IMG/VR virus record: IMGVR_UViG_3300035703_000008
Coordinates: 1-64,000 of that record
DNA: 64,000 nucleotides
Direction: 5' to 3' (one strand)
In this document: positions 49,081 to 59,749 of the stretch, piece after piece
Position numbering within the stretch: the first letter of the stretch is position 1
Layout of the letters: each line of letters starts with the position of its first letter
The notes under the pieces: generated by a model
Told to the model about the DNA's origin: nothing
The model's input: the letters and a program-made list of their open reading frames with translations, nothing else
The model's database searches: none
Position numbers and translations under genes: made by a program

Positions 49081-49114
49081 CTCGGCATCGAGACTCAGTT
49101 ATAATCACTAACAT

Positions 49115-49191
49115 GCCCTGGTAGCTCAGTTGGTCAGAGCAGGCGACTCATAATCGCTTGGTCGGGGGTTCAAGTCCCTCCCGGGGTACCA
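49115..49191 (+). tRNA. tRNA-Ile2 (CAT)
   Basis: Cloverleaf with CCA; anticodon arm GGCGA-CTCATAA-TCGCT resembles bacterial ileX; promoter TTGACT-17-TATAAT at 49077-49105. Confidence 0.85.
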
Positions 49192-49275
49192 CTATATCTA
49201 TTGACATGGAAAATGACTGGATAGCATTGGCAGGAAGATGGACGGCTCTGATATTCTCCATATCTGTGTGGAGTC

Positions 49276-49938
49276 TTGTTTATTATTTTTACATCAGGAT
49301 TTGAATTGTCAAACTGTTTTGTTAATCGCCCTAGTTTAGTTGTAATTATTGATTGCTGGAAAAATCGGCCATGGAACTTTGAATCTTTCAACCCCATGGT
49401 GGAAAACATAAAAAATTGGTGCGAAAACGATCCAAATATTCAAACCGTAATACTTTCTACATATCTAAATCGTGCAAATAGTATGTGTATAGAAAATCCC
49501 TGGTGGCAGAATTCCAAAGAAATTTTTTTTGATACAACGAGATGGGAGAAATTGAGAGATATCTGGAAATCTACCAATTTTGTTAATGATTCGCACACAC
49601 ATCATAGTATACTAAACATGTCGTTGAAAACAAGTCAGTTAAAACTCATGGCCTGGGACGAATTACAACTGATATATTATTGTAACTACATCAATCCGAG
49701 TATTGAGAACATATATATTGTTGGACAATCATGGAATGTGTGTTTAGAAGGACGACCAACGGGATGGTCTAGGTTGGTCCGTGCCAAACAATACAATCTA
49801 TTCCGTCGATCTATTAGAATCATGTCTCGTCGAGATTGCGTAATACACATGGACGGACGACCTGTTATGGATCCCGGTCCTGACTGGGACGAAGTCAATC
49901 AAAACGTGCTAATCAATAAAACTCAATGCCATGACTGA
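49276..49938 (+). CDS. isochorismatase-like hypothetical protein
   Basis: VIIDCW and VGQSWNVC; AT-rich; start uncertain. Confidence 0.4.
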   Translation: MFIIFTSGFELSNCFVNRPSLVVIIDCWKNRPWNFESFNPMVENIKNWCENDPNIQTVILSTYLNRANSMCIENPWWQNSKEIFFDTTRWEKLRDIWKSTNFVNDSHTHHSILNMSLKTSQLKLMAWDELQLIYYCNYINPSIENIYIVGQSWNVCLEGRPTGWSRLVRAKQYNLFRRSIRIMSRRDCVIHMDGRPVMDPGPDWDEVNQNVLINKTQCHD

Positions 49939-50173
49939 TAAAAAATTGAAAATCGAATTCGCCCCCGGATGTTTTGATCAATGGGATGGCACACAGGAGG
50001 AGCTGGATGAACTCATGGCCGAGCTCGAGCGCCAGGTCGACACCGGAGAGATTTTTGAAAACAGTGTTCCTCTCACCGATGATGTCATTGATGATCTCAG
50101 CGACGAAGAACAAGAGGCCATATTGGCACAGCTGGAGGCCATGATCCATGGTCAAAAAAAATCTTTCCATTAG
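49931..50173 (+). CDS. acidic hypothetical protein
   Basis: Packed ORF. Confidence 0.6.
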   Translation: MTDKKLKIEFAPGCFDQWDGTQEELDELMAELERQVDTGEIFENSVPLTDDVIDDLSDEEQEAILAQLEAMIHGQKKSFH

Positions 50174-50675
50174 TCCTGATCGACATCGCTTCCAATTGGA
50201 ACGATATCTAGAGCGACAAGCCGAAGAAGGGAAAAGTCCTGACAACGACGACGATGTCCAGGCCATGGTGGAGTACATGGAGAAGACTGTGAGAGAACAT
50301 CAAGATCCCAATCGTTTCGCAGGCCAAGAAACCAACAATCTCGAATACGATCTACTCACCACTGACTGGATCCTGTCCAAAGTGCGTGACAGCGACGCGT
50401 ATGCTCAGAATCTCTATGCGGCCATGTGCAACAGATCGTTCCAACGCAACGATGTCATGCCCATACTGAAAAACCAGACCTGGTCATGCTCATGGCGCTA
50501 TGCCGGCGGCATCATCGCTGACATGCGCGAATCCGGCGACTACATCGACTGGTACTGCTCGGGCATCAGTGATAAAGACGATCCCAGTGGCTATGTAGGC
50601 GAAGGCACAGTCACCGACGAGATACGCGCGGATCTGCTCGAGTTGGGTTGGATAGTAATTGACGATAACCAGTGA
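50148..50675 (+). CDS. hypothetical phage protein
   Basis: AQNLYAAMCN, SWR.AGGI.A, DYIDWYCSG. Confidence 0.7.
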   Translation: MVKKNLSISPDRHRFQLERYLERQAEEGKSPDNDDDVQAMVEYMEKTVREHQDPNRFAGQETNNLEYDLLTTDWILSKVRDSDAYAQNLYAAMCNRSFQRNDVMPILKNQTWSCSWRYAGGIIADMRESGDYIDWYCSGISDKDDPSGYVGEGTVTDEIRADLLELGWIVIDDNQ

Positions 50676-50910
50676 TGGATGGACTCGAGTTGAGCTCTGG
50701 AACATCGACTATCGAGAAATTTCTGGTATCATACAATCGGCCAAGGGGCTTGGTCTCATCATCAACCAAGACTTTTCCATCACTGTGATACCGGCCTGGA
50801 CCAATCGGGATCTACATGGCCGCGATGAAAAATCCATAATCGTGGCTTTCCGGGACCCGGCTTGGGCAACATGGTTCCAACTCAAACAGCCGAGATCAGA
50901 TGTCCACTAA
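50659..50910 (+). CDS. hypothetical protein
   Basis: C-terminal F.DP..ATWF.LK. Confidence 0.5.
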   Translation: MTITSDGWTRVELWNIDYREISGIIQSAKGLGLIINQDFSITVIPAWTNRDLHGRDEKSIIVAFRDPAWATWFQLKQPRSDVH

Positions 50911-52167
50911 CCAAGGAAACAACGATGGCCAATCAGTGCCACGACGTCGATCGATCTCAGTGAGATAGGTCCTTAGATCGCGTATGCGATCTGGCTGTCG
51001 CGGTGCTGATGTGATCTGCCGCATGATGCCACGCATGTGCTCTTTGGCATTGACTTCGCTGGGATTCGATTCACGCATCACTGACAGTATGCGTTCAAAG
51101 TCCTCTTCGAAAACACCAGCACCAAAGATGTCAGGCACTAGTTCAGGCGGAGTCATGGCGCTCATGAAACTGTAGCTGATCTGATTCCAGGCCGGTCTTT
51201 GATCGTTCCAGCCATTGATCAGCTCAATGAGCTCAGGTGCGGTCTTGATGGTGAGGCCCGTGATGGCAGCGTTTACACACTGTACCACGAAAGGCTTGTC
51301 CAGGAGATATTCCCAGTTCTCTCGCCATTCTTGGAGATCCAAGCCCCAACGCACGTATTCTTCCTGCGGTCCCCAGGCATCAATGCTGCCCGTGATTTGC
51401 AGTCGCTTGAGTGCTCCTGCTTCGACCATGCGACCAAAGCGATCGATGTAGTCGCGGAACTTCTTGGGCGGCACTTTGAGATTGGTGATGATGTTGAAAG
51501 TGAGTTCGGGATTGGGATGGCTCTCCCAGAAATCCAAGCTCATATCAAACTCGCGCTGGAAGAACGGTTCTCCGCCCAGGATCTGGTAGTAGCGTATGTG
51601 GCGATATCGATCTTTCTCATCCAGGTAGCGCCAAAAATCCGCCAGCATTTTATCGTAGTTGGGGTTCCACTCTTGGTTATAACCAAAGTTCACGCCGTCC
51701 TGCTTGAACACACCGAACCTCTTGTTTTCTTCTTCCCACTTGGTGCTGAAGTGGCTGCCGCAGTACAAACAGGCCATGTTGCACACATTGTTGAAGTAGA
51801 CTTCGAGAATGGTGGGCGTGACTTCGTTGGTTTCGGGATCGATGATCAATTCCGGAGGAGTGCGATCGAGATCGTGCTGCATCAACAGCTGATATTGGCG
51901 ATCACTAGTCCCGCCCGCGGCTTCGATCTTTTCGCAGTACTGGCAACCTTCCTGTGGCCATTCGTCACGGCGCATCATCTCTCTGGCACGGATCTTGTTG
52001 GGAAGATTGTGGAAACTGGCAAAGTCGTCCACGGGTATAGGGCGTTGATCGGTCCTATGACAACTGCTGGAGGTGCCTTGGCCCAGGTACACTGTGCTCC
52101 AGGCCCACTTGAGCAGACAGGCAGTTTTGCTTCGTATGGGAAAGACTCGGGATTCTTGTTCAGGCAT
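50896..52167 (-). CDS. radical SAM protein (Twitch/SPASM-like)
   Basis: CNMACLYC, LGGEP, SIDAWG; N-terminal C..CH..CQYC. Confidence 0.9.
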   Translation of the reverse strand: MPEQESRVFPIRSKTACLLKWAWSTVYLGQGTSSSCHRTDQRPIPVDDFASFHNLPNKIRAREMMRRDEWPQEGCQYCEKIEAAGGTSDRQYQLLMQHDLDRTPPELIIDPETNEVTPTILEVYFNNVCNMACLYCGSHFSTKWEEENKRFGVFKQDGVNFGYNQEWNPNYDKMLADFWRYLDEKDRYRHIRYYQILGGEPFFQREFDMSLDFWESHPNPELTFNIITNLKVPPKKFRDYIDRFGRMVEAGALKRLQITGSIDAWGPQEEYVRWGLDLQEWRENWEYLLDKPFVVQCVNAAITGLTIKTAPELIELINGWNDQRPAWNQISYSFMSAMTPPELVPDIFGAGVFEEDFERILSVMRESNPSEVNAKEHMRGIMRQITSAPRQPDRIRDLRTYLTEIDRRRGTDWPSLFPWLVDI

Positions 52168-52250
52168 AATGTTATGTATCTGATCTGCCCAGACAGGTTG
52201 ATTTATCATGGTCGGCATGCTAGAATCGTCATAACTATCTGGAGACTGCA

Positions 52251-52526
52251 ATGAAATGGCTTAAACGACGGATCTATCGTTGGGTACAAGACGTGCGCAA
52301 CGAAGAAGAAAAAGCACAGGTCCTGACCTGCGAAGAATCGCCCACCTGGAGCGACGGCCTGCGTATCACAGTGAAACGGGTGATAGGTGGCAATATCGTG
52401 AGCTTCCGAACCTATGATCGTCGCAGAGACGAGAGCAACGAGCGCCACTACATCATCACTGATGATCAGGACTTCGATCGCGAACTGGGCAAGATGATCA
52501 CCATGGAATCCATGCGCAACACATGA
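52251..52526 (+). CDS. hypothetical protein
   Basis: GGAGA RBS. Confidence 0.65.
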   Translation: MKWLKRRIYRWVQDVRNEEEKAQVLTCEESPTWSDGLRITVKRVIGGNIVSFRTYDRRRDESNERHYIITDDQDFDRELGKMITMESMRNT

Positions 52527-53602
52527 CGTTCGAACAAGACAACACACATCAATCGGAGATATATGTAATGAGCAACTATTTGACGCGCGAGTTCTCTGTA
52601 CGTCGTGAACTCATACAAGATCTCCAAAAATTGGGGTATAGGTATCATGGTACCTTGGGCAATCATCCCATTAATACTTGCATGACCGGGCATGGACGAA
52701 ACATTTACATCTGTCTAGTAGATGACATCCGCCAACTGGCCGACAAACCATTGGTAGAATTTAACACCAATGACATAGTGATCACCGACAATGTATTTTG
52801 TCGTCCAGTGAATTGTACCATGATTCCCATGCCCGAATCCTGGCGTGGTATTTTTTCCTACGTTCCCAAGATCGTCCACGAGCCTGATCGCTCTTTTGTG
52901 CTGTCCGTGAATCGTATCACGCCCGAACGCATGCATATTTTCTTGGACACTGTGCAGCATTGGCGGCATCCATGCCGCGTGATCGGCGAAGAGATACCAC
53001 AAGGGTACATGAGTTTCCGTTGTGTGCCCATGAATGTGAATCTTCCAGAAACGTTTCCCGAAGATCAGAGCCAAAAATTATGGCATAGTACCTGGGAAGA
53101 ATTGGATTTTGACAAATCTTATATCCAACCTTTCTACGAGAGATTTTCAGAATCTGGCGATTATCGGTTTGTCAATCACGATCTCAAGTTCGATGAAGTC
53201 ATGCAACGAGGTATGTTAAACATGACCATCGAAAGCTACTGTTTCGACCATGTGATCACTTACAGCGAAAAGATGATGCGAGCATTGTCCATGCCCCGGC
53301 CCTGGGTGGCATTTGGTAGCCAATTCATGATCGCACAACTCCGAGTCATGGGTTTTGATGTCATGGATGATCTGGTTGATCACAGCTACGACGAAATCGA
53401 ATTTGGTGAGCGAAAAATGCGAACCTACTCATATGCTGCAGTCACGGCAGCAGAAACATTGAAGTGGCCAGACATACGAGATCGTTGCTATCAGGCCGCT
53501 GAACACAATCAACAGATTTTGCAGTCCTGGAGCCAAGACTGGAAAAATGACTATGCACAATGGCGGAGCGATCTATTAGATTTTCTTGGCTCCACTGCAT
53601 GA
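52523..53602 (+). CDS. glycosyltransferase-like protein (TEKT/SEK family)
   Basis: TIES...YSEK..RAL, GFDV.DDLVDHSYD. Confidence 0.5.
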   Translation: MTFEQDNTHQSEIYVMSNYLTREFSVRRELIQDLQKLGYRYHGTLGNHPINTCMTGHGRNIYICLVDDIRQLADKPLVEFNTNDIVITDNVFCRPVNCTMIPMPESWRGIFSYVPKIVHEPDRSFVLSVNRITPERMHIFLDTVQHWRHPCRVIGEEIPQGYMSFRCVPMNVNLPETFPEDQSQKLWHSTWEELDFDKSYIQPFYERFSESGDYRFVNHDLKFDEVMQRGMLNMTIESYCFDHVITYSEKMMRALSMPRPWVAFGSQFMIAQLRVMGFDVMDDLVDHSYDEIEFGERKMRTYSYAAVTAAETLKWPDIRDRCYQAAEHNQQILQSWSQDWKNDYAQWRSDLLDFLGSTA

Positions 53603-53852
53603 TGCTCAGCCTATGAGCATCATAGAAAAAAAGTAATAAAAAACACGAAAAAATAGCTCGACTCTATGATATATACTCAGTACAATTACTGAGAAACCAG
53701 TTGACTTTGTCAACGGTGTTGTATTAAAATCAAGGAGCGATTACATGAGCTATCGTGAACGTTTTGATTATCTAAAAACCTATCATTGCCCCACCTGCGT
53801 GATGCCACGCCGGTAAGCAATTTGTTTCACCTCCCTCAACAAAAGGAAAACC

Positions 53853-54416
53853 ATGAACCTTATCAACAAACCCATCCCCGAATTCCGTACCCAGGCCTTC
53901 CACAACGGCAAGTTCGTGGAAGTCTCCAACGAAAGCGTAAAAGGCAAATGGACTGTGTTCATTTTCATGCCCGCGGCATTCACATTCAACTGCCCCACCG
54001 AGATCGAAGATGCTGCCGACAACTATGCTGCTTTCCAAGCAGCCGGTGCCGAAGTCTACATCGTCACGACTGACACACACTTCAGCCACAAAGTATGGCA
54101 CGAGACTAGCCCTGCAGTTGGCAAGGCCCTGTTCCCCTTGGTGGGAGATCCCACCCATGCCATGACCCGAGGATTTGGTGTTCACATCGAAGAAGAAGGT
54201 CTGGCACTGCGCGGCACTTTCATCGTCAATCCCGAAGGCCAGGTCAAGACAGCAGAAGTACACAGCAACGAAATCGCGCGTGATGTGCAAGAAACCCTGC
54301 GCAAGCTCAAAGCTGCACAATACACCGCTGCCAATCCTGGCCAAGTGTGCCCGGCCAAATGGAAAGAAGGTGCTGCCACCATCGCTCCCAGCCTTGACCT
54401 TGTAGGCAAGATCTAA
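53853..54416 (+). CDS. ahpC: alkyl hydroperoxide reductase C (peroxiredoxin)
   Basis: [22 protein letters not shown]. Confidence 0.96.
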   Translation: MNLINKPIPEFRTQAFHNGKFVEVSNESVKGKWTVFIFMPAAFTFNCPTEIEDAADNYAAFQAAGAEVYIVTTDTHFSHKVWHETSPAVGKALFPLVGDPTHAMTRGFGVHIEEEGLALRGTFIVNPEGQVKTAEVHSNEIARDVQETLRKLKAAQYTAANPGQVCPAKWKEGAATIAPSLDLVGKI

Positions 54417-54617
54417 ATGAACCAATGGCTTCAGGCCAACATAGATGCCCTCACTCACTTGGGCATCTATGCTCTCATCGCTTACATGATCTTCGTGATC
54501 GTGATGATATGCCGCGAGAGTGGTGTGCCCAGGTCTGGAGTGATCTGGGTCTTCATCGCCTTGGGCGGAGGATTTACTGGATGGATAGTCAAAGACATCA
54601 TCCAGTGGTTTTTATAG
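54417..54617 (+). CDS. small membrane protein with two hydrophobic segments
   Basis: Two hydrophobic stretches; directly follows ahpC. Confidence 0.55.
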   Translation: MNQWLQANIDALTHLGIYALIAYMIFVIVMICRESGVPRSGVIWVFIALGGGFTGWIVKDIIQWFL

Positions 54618-54625
54618 GACGAAAA

Positions 54626-55834
54626 ATGAATACCCCGATTTACCTCGACTACTCCGCAACGACCCCTATTGATCCACGGGTTGTGGACGCCATGCTGCCG
54701 TTCCTGCGCCAGGACTTCGGTAATCCAGCCTCGCGCAGCCATGCCTTTGGTTGGCGAGCTGAGGAGGCTGTTGAAGCTGCGCGCCAACAAGTTGCCGATT
54801 TGGTGAACTGCGACGCAAAGGAACTCGTCTGGACCTCTGGCGCTACCGAGTCGATCAACCTCGCACTCAAGGGCGCTGCCCACTTCTACAAAGACAAAGG
54901 CCAACACATCATTTCGGTCAAGACCGAACACAAGGCAACGCTAGACACCTGCCGTGAACTCGAGCGCGAAGGCTATGCGCTCACACTCCTCGATGTGCAA
55001 GAGGATGGCCTCATCGACCTGGCCGCGCTCGAGGCTGCCATGCGTCCCGACACCATCCTGGTCTCGGTCATGCTGGTTAATAACGAGATCGGTGTCATTC
55101 AAGATGTGCAAGCCATTGGTGAGCTCTGTCGGGCGCGCGGCATTATTTTTCACATCGATGCCGCCCAGGCGACCGGCAAGGTTGCGATCGACCTCGCTTC
55201 ACTGAAGTGCGACCTCATGTCTTTTTCGGCTCACAAAACCTATGGCCCCAAAGGGATTGGGGCGCTGTTTGTCCGTCGAAAGCCACGCGTGCGGCTTGAG
55301 CCACTGATTCACGGGGGCGGGCATGAGCGTGGCATGCGCTCTGGAACCCTTCCCACCCATCAAATTGTTGGCATGGGTGAGGCTTTTCGCCTCGCTCAGC
55401 TCGAGATGTCTACCGAGAACGAGCGCATTCGAGCCCTTCGCGATCGGCTGTGGGCAGGTCTCTCAGAAATGGAAGCGGTGTACCTGAATGGAGACCTCGA
55501 CCAGCGAGTGCCGCACAACCTCAATGTCAGCTTCAATTATGTCGAGGGCGAGTCGCTACTCATGGCTGTGAAGGACATCGCTGTCTCATCCGGATCAGCC
55601 TGCACCAGTGCCAGCCTCGAGCCCTCGTATGTCTTGCGTGCCCTTGGCCGCAGCGATGAGCTGGCGCACTCATCCATTCGCTTTTCGGTGGGGCGCTTTA
55701 CCACCACGGAAGAGGTCGACTTCACCATTGCGCTCATGAAAGACCGGGTGGCCAAATTGCGCGAGATGTCTCCCTTGTGGGAGCTCGTGCACGAGGGAAT
55801 CGACCTCAACACCATTCAATGGGCAGCACACTAA
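54626..55834 (+). CDS. iscS: cysteine desulfurase
   Basis: [33 protein letters not shown] end. Confidence 0.97.
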   Translation: MNTPIYLDYSATTPIDPRVVDAMLPFLRQDFGNPASRSHAFGWRAEEAVEAARQQVADLVNCDAKELVWTSGATESINLALKGAAHFYKDKGQHIISVKTEHKATLDTCRELEREGYALTLLDVQEDGLIDLAALEAAMRPDTILVSVMLVNNEIGVIQDVQAIGELCRARGIIFHIDAAQATGKVAIDLASLKCDLMSFSAHKTYGPKGIGALFVRRKPRVRLEPLIHGGGHERGMRSGTLPTHQIVGMGEAFRLAQLEMSTENERIRALRDRLWAGLSEMEAVYLNGDLDQRVPHNLNVSFNYVEGESLLMAVKDIAVSSGSACTSASLEPSYVLRALGRSDELAHSSIRFSVGRFTTTEEVDFTIALMKDRVAKLREMSPLWELVHEGIDLNTIQWAAH

Positions 55835-55844
55835 AGGATAAAAT

Positions 55845-56474
55845 ATGTTAGAAACCATCTGTGACACCATGCTTGAAGCTTACCGACGCAACTGGATCAC
55901 CAGCCGCGACGGCAATGTTTCGATACGTCATCATGACCGTGACCATTTCTACATCACTCCTTCGGGCGTGCGAAAACAAACTTTACAGCCTGATCAATTC
56001 AAGAAGATTGGGCTGATGTCCAATGGCTCCTGGTCTGAGTTGCCTTACACTGATATCAGTGCCCAACTACGACCCAGTGGGGAAATACCATTGCATTTTG
56101 GTCTTCAGAAGATGATGGGACAGCATGGGCATGATGTGAGAGTGGTCATGCATTTCCATCCCACCTATTGCGTGGCTGCCATGCATGCTGGCATCGAACT
56201 AGCAGACCTGGCCCAGGATTTCCCTGAACTGAGTCGCTATACTCGGGTCGGCAAGAATGTCGGGGACGTTGCCCCCATCAGCCAGGAACTGGCAGATCAA
56301 TGCTTTGAGAGTTTTAAACTAAACAGCCAGGGATTCATCGATTATGACATCGTGGGTATCCGAGGGCATGGTGTGGTCAGTATCGATACATCACCATGGC
56401 GCGCATTCGAGCATATCGAGCGCCTGGAACACATCTGCCAGATCGTGCTGGCGTCAGGAAAAATACAATGCTAG
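55845..56474 (+). CDS. class II aldolase/adducin family protein
   Basis: DGNVS, ITPSG, PSGE..LH, HFHP, RGHGVV. Confidence 0.88.
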   Translation: MLETICDTMLEAYRRNWITSRDGNVSIRHHDRDHFYITPSGVRKQTLQPDQFKKIGLMSNGSWSELPYTDISAQLRPSGEIPLHFGLQKMMGQHGHDVRVVMHFHPTYCVAAMHAGIELADLAQDFPELSRYTRVGKNVGDVAPISQELADQCFESFKLNSQGFIDYDIVGIRGHGVVSIDTSPWRAFEHIERLEHICQIVLASGKIQC

Positions 56475-57961
56475 ATACCGCTATCAAACAACAACTAGCT
56501 CAATACCTTGCCTTGATGGAAGGTGACATCACTGTCCGGGTCAGTGCCGGCGACAACCGCGAAATGACCGAACTGGTCAATGAACTGGCTTCAATGTCCT
56601 CGAAGATACATGTAGAGCAGGCCGAATTGCCACACACTCCCAGTTTCCAAATCGGTGACCGCGTGACATTTGCAGGCGTGCCCATGGGACACGAATTCAC
56701 TAGCCTGATCATGGCCTTGCTACAGGTCAGCGGACGCCGGCCCAAGATCGAAGACAAAATCGTCGATCAGATCAAAGCGATCCGCGGCGACTATGAGTTC
56801 ACTACCTACATCAGTCTTTCGTGCCACAACTGTCCGGATGTGGTGCAAGCACTCAACATCATGTCAGTGCTGAATCCCGGTATCCGTCATGTCATGGTGG
56901 ATGGGGCCGAGTTCAAGGCCGAAGTGGAGGCCAAAAACATCATGGCCGTGCCTTATGTGGAACTCAACGGCGAAGCATTTGGATCTGGTCGCATGACCGT
57001 GGAAGAGATCTTGGCTAAAATGGGTAGCCAAGCCGATGTGTCAGACATCGATGGTCGTGAGTATGATGTGTTAGTCATAGGTGGCGGTCCCGCTGGCGCC
57101 AGTGCTGCCGTGTATGCTGCCCGCAAAGGCATCCGCACTGGGATCGTGAGTGAACGCTTTGGCGGACAAGTAATGGACACCATGGGCATCGAGAACCTGA
57201 TCGGTACACGGTACACAGAAGGTCCCAAGCTCGTGGCACAGTTAGAAGAACATGTACGAGAGTATCCCGTAGACATCCACAACCTACAGCGTGCTAAAAG
57301 CATCAAACGCAACAAACTTGTAGAAGTAGAACTGGAGTCAGGTGCCACGCTACGATCAAAGACTGTGATCATCGCCACAGGTGCCCGCTGGCGTAATCTC
57401 GGCGTGCCCGGTGAGGCTGAATTCCGGAACCGCGGTGTTGCCTACTGTCCGCACTGCGACGGTCCTTTGTTCAAAGGCCGGCATGTTGCTGTGATAGGTG
57501 GTGGCAACTCGGGAGTTGAAGCAGCCATTGACCTCGCCGGCATCGTGAGTCATGTCACTGTGTTCGAATTCATGCCAGACCTCAAGGCCGACGCTGTGCT
57601 ACAGCAACGACTCTTCAGCCTACCCAACGTCACTGTATTAAAGAATGTGCAGGTCACTGAGATCCTAGGAGATCAACGAGTCATGGGCATGACCTATCAA
57701 CAACGCGACACCGGTGAGGTCAAACAGATCGATCTAGCCGGTGTGTTTGTGCAGATTGGTCTGGTGCCCAATACCGAGTTTGTGGACGTGGACAAGGATC
57801 GTTTTGGCCAGATCGTTGTTGATTCCCACGGTGCCACATCAATGCCCGGTGTGTTTGCTGCCGGCGATTGCACCACCGAGCCCTACAAGCAGATCATCAT
57901 CTCAATGGGTGCTGGTGCTGGTGCTGCCTTGGGTGCGTTTGATTACATGATCCGCAACTAA
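56468..57961 (+). CDS. ahpF: alkyl hydroperoxide reductase F
   Basis: CHNCPDVV, GGGPAG, CPHCDGP, GGGNSG. Confidence 0.95.
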   Translation: MLDTAIKQQLAQYLALMEGDITVRVSAGDNREMTELVNELASMSSKIHVEQAELPHTPSFQIGDRVTFAGVPMGHEFTSLIMALLQVSGRRPKIEDKIVDQIKAIRGDYEFTTYISLSCHNCPDVVQALNIMSVLNPGIRHVMVDGAEFKAEVEAKNIMAVPYVELNGEAFGSGRMTVEEILAKMGSQADVSDIDGREYDVLVIGGGPAGASAAVYAARKGIRTGIVSERFGGQVMDTMGIENLIGTRYTEGPKLVAQLEEHVREYPVDIHNLQRAKSIKRNKLVEVELESGATLRSKTVIIATGARWRNLGVPGEAEFRNRGVAYCPHCDGPLFKGRHVAVIGGGNSGVEAAIDLAGIVSHVTVFEFMPDLKADAVLQQRLFSLPNVTVLKNVQVTEILGDQRVMGMTYQQRDTGEVKQIDLAGVFVQIGLVPNTEFVDVDKDRFGQIVVDSHGATSMPGVFAAGDCTTEPYKQIIISMGAGAGAALGAFDYMIRN

Positions 57962-57964
57962 AAG

Positions 57965-57990
57965 AAAAACCGCCCCCAGGGGGCGGTTTT
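57965..57990. terminator. bidirectional rho-independent terminator
   Basis: AAAACCGCCCC...GGGGCGGTTTT between convergent genes. Confidence 0.85.
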
Positions 57991-58075
57991 GCCAGTTACG
58001 ATCATCTGGCTCGGATCTCTCACACCGACGAATAATTGATTAGATTTATTTAATCGTACAACTGTTACAAATCAG

Positions 58076-58246
58076 TTACTTTTTCTGGCACCGACCTTCG
58101 ACTCGGAAACTGGAAAATTTCAACTGATAGGTCATGGTAGAAAGCACTGTTTCGCAGGCGTGTTGATCAGGGAATGTGAGTTCGACCCGGCCGGGTTGAT
58201 CCTGGGGATTATTCGAGTGTACTGCTATCAGTATCATTATCCACAT
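58076..58246 (-). CDS. 56-aa protein with hydrophobic N-terminus and two Cys (absent from ORF track)
   Basis: AGGAG RBS; architecture like 60939..61121. Confidence 0.5.
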   Translation of the reverse strand: MWIMILIAVHSNNPQDQPGRVELTFPDQHACETVLSTMTYQLKFSSFRVEGRCQKK

Positions 58247-58997
58247 AGGTTTTCTCCTGGGTCCAGGTCACGATCTCCCAGCGACCGTCATGATGTTCGA
58301 CCAGGGCTGTGCATGATTCCACCCAGTCCCCATCGTTCATGTAGCGTATGCCATCTATGACCTTGATCTCTGCATGATGTATGTGCCCGCAAATCACGCC
58401 ATCGAATCCACGCTTGCGGCAGTAGACAGCGAGATTGCGCTCGAACTGGAATATGAAATCCACGGCCTGCTTGACCCTGCGCTTGAGGTAGCTGCTGAGA
58501 CTCCAATATCCAAATCCCAGGCGGTGTCGTAGATGATTGAATCGCGTGTTGAGCCACAGTACCGCATCGTAGGCACGATCTCCCAGGAAGCTGATCCAAG
58601 GTGCCAGATCACTGATGCCATCAAAGAGATCACCGTGCGTGACCAGATACCTCATCCCGTCCGCACCGCGATGCTCGGCTTGGTTGCAGATCTCTACACG
58701 CCCGAATGTGATGCCCATGGGTATCATGGGTCGCAGGAACTCGTCGTGATTGCCGGCCACATACACCACCCGGGTGCCACGCTTGGCATGTCCCAGTACA
58801 CGGCGCACCACATTGCTGTGGCTCTGGCGCCAGCGGAAACGATTCTGTTGCACCCTCCAACCGTCGATGATGTCACCCACGAGATACAGGGTGTCGCAGG
58901 TATGATGTTTGAGGAAATTGTTGAGCAAATCGGCCTTGCAATCGCGCGTGCCAAGATGTACATCACTGACAAAGATGCTACGGTAGGTGCGTTGCAT
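58209..58997 (-). CDS. LpxH-like metallophosphoesterase
   Basis: SDVHLG, GDIID, GNHD, HGD, GHIH, N.GDWVE. Confidence 0.88.
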   Translation of the reverse strand: MQRTYRSIFVSDVHLGTRDCKADLLNNFLKHHTCDTLYLVGDIIDGWRVQQNRFRWRQSHSNVVRRVLGHAKRGTRVVYVAGNHDEFLRPMIPMGITFGRVEICNQAEHRGADGMRYLVTHGDLFDGISDLAPWISFLGDRAYDAVLWLNTRFNHLRHRLGFGYWSLSSYLKRRVKQAVDFIFQFERNLAVYCRKRGFDGVICGHIHHAEIKVIDGIRYMNDGDWVESCTALVEHHDGRWEIVTWTQEKTYVDNDTDSSTLE

Positions 58998-59077
58998 CTA
59001 GATATTTATAGCATGCCGGGTTGTTGTTTGTTACATCAATAAGACACCAGATACAGTAAATCATCAGTAAATAGAGA

Positions 59078-59662
59078 ATGGAACTCATAAAAGTAAATCA
59101 AGACTTGATCGCCAAGTTTCCTTATCCTGGAGATGTGTATGATCTCTATGATTCTATCCGATCCAAGCTGGATGTGTTGTTTTCTCGTGGAAATCATTGG
59201 ATACGCATGGATGACGGGGTTTCTACCTACAAAGATCAAGAATTCCCCGAGCAAGGCACTGGACTGCATCACTGGCCTGAGTTGCGACCTTTCCTAGACT
59301 GTGTCTGGCCCAGTGTGAAAGAGTATGCCAGACTGGTGGACCTTGATCCTGAAAGATGTGAGATCCGTACCATGTGGGCCAACATATATCATCCCGGCGG
59401 TCGTGTCAATCGCCATCGGCATTTTTACACCGACAAACTGCCCACTTTCTCGTTGATATGCTATCTAGTAAGACCGCCTGAGTCAGGGAATCTGTTTGTC
59501 TCAGTGCCCGGGGAGGACGATGTCGTGGTCAAAGAGATCGACTATGCCGAGGGCGACATCGTGATTTTCCCCAGTCGCAGGCTGCACTGGAGCGGGCCAA
59601 ATCTCAGCGACCAAGATCGTGTGTTGATCGCATTTGACTGGTATCAGACACCGAGCGGTTGA
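59078..59662 (+). CDS. 2OG-Fe(II) oxygenase
   Basis: WAN...HRH, GD.VIFPS..LH....N....R..IAF. Confidence 0.8.
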   Translation: MELIKVNQDLIAKFPYPGDVYDLYDSIRSKLDVLFSRGNHWIRMDDGVSTYKDQEFPEQGTGLHHWPELRPFLDCVWPSVKEYARLVDLDPERCEIRTMWANIYHPGGRVNRHRHFYTDKLPTFSLICYLVRPPESGNLFVSVPGEDDVVVKEIDYAEGDIVIFPSRRLHWSGPNLSDQDRVLIAFDWYQTPSG

Positions 59663-59718
59663 CCATTAAATAGCACGATGCTATACTAGTGGAACAGTAA
59701 GCAACACGCTCTTTAACA
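59659..59718 (+). promoter_or_regulatory. sigma70 promoter followed by rrn-type boxA
   Basis: TTGACC-17-TATACT (59659-59687); GCTCTTTAACA at 59708-59718. Confidence 0.8.
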
Positions 59719-59749
59719 ACTAGGAAAAGTATGTGGCCCAGAAGTTGGG

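Noticed and set aside
51199-52254. 351-aa plus-strand ORF
   Set aside because: Antisense shadow of the minus-strand radical SAM gene; the same applies to most nested ORFs in the track (for example 21549-22274 and 53772-54458)
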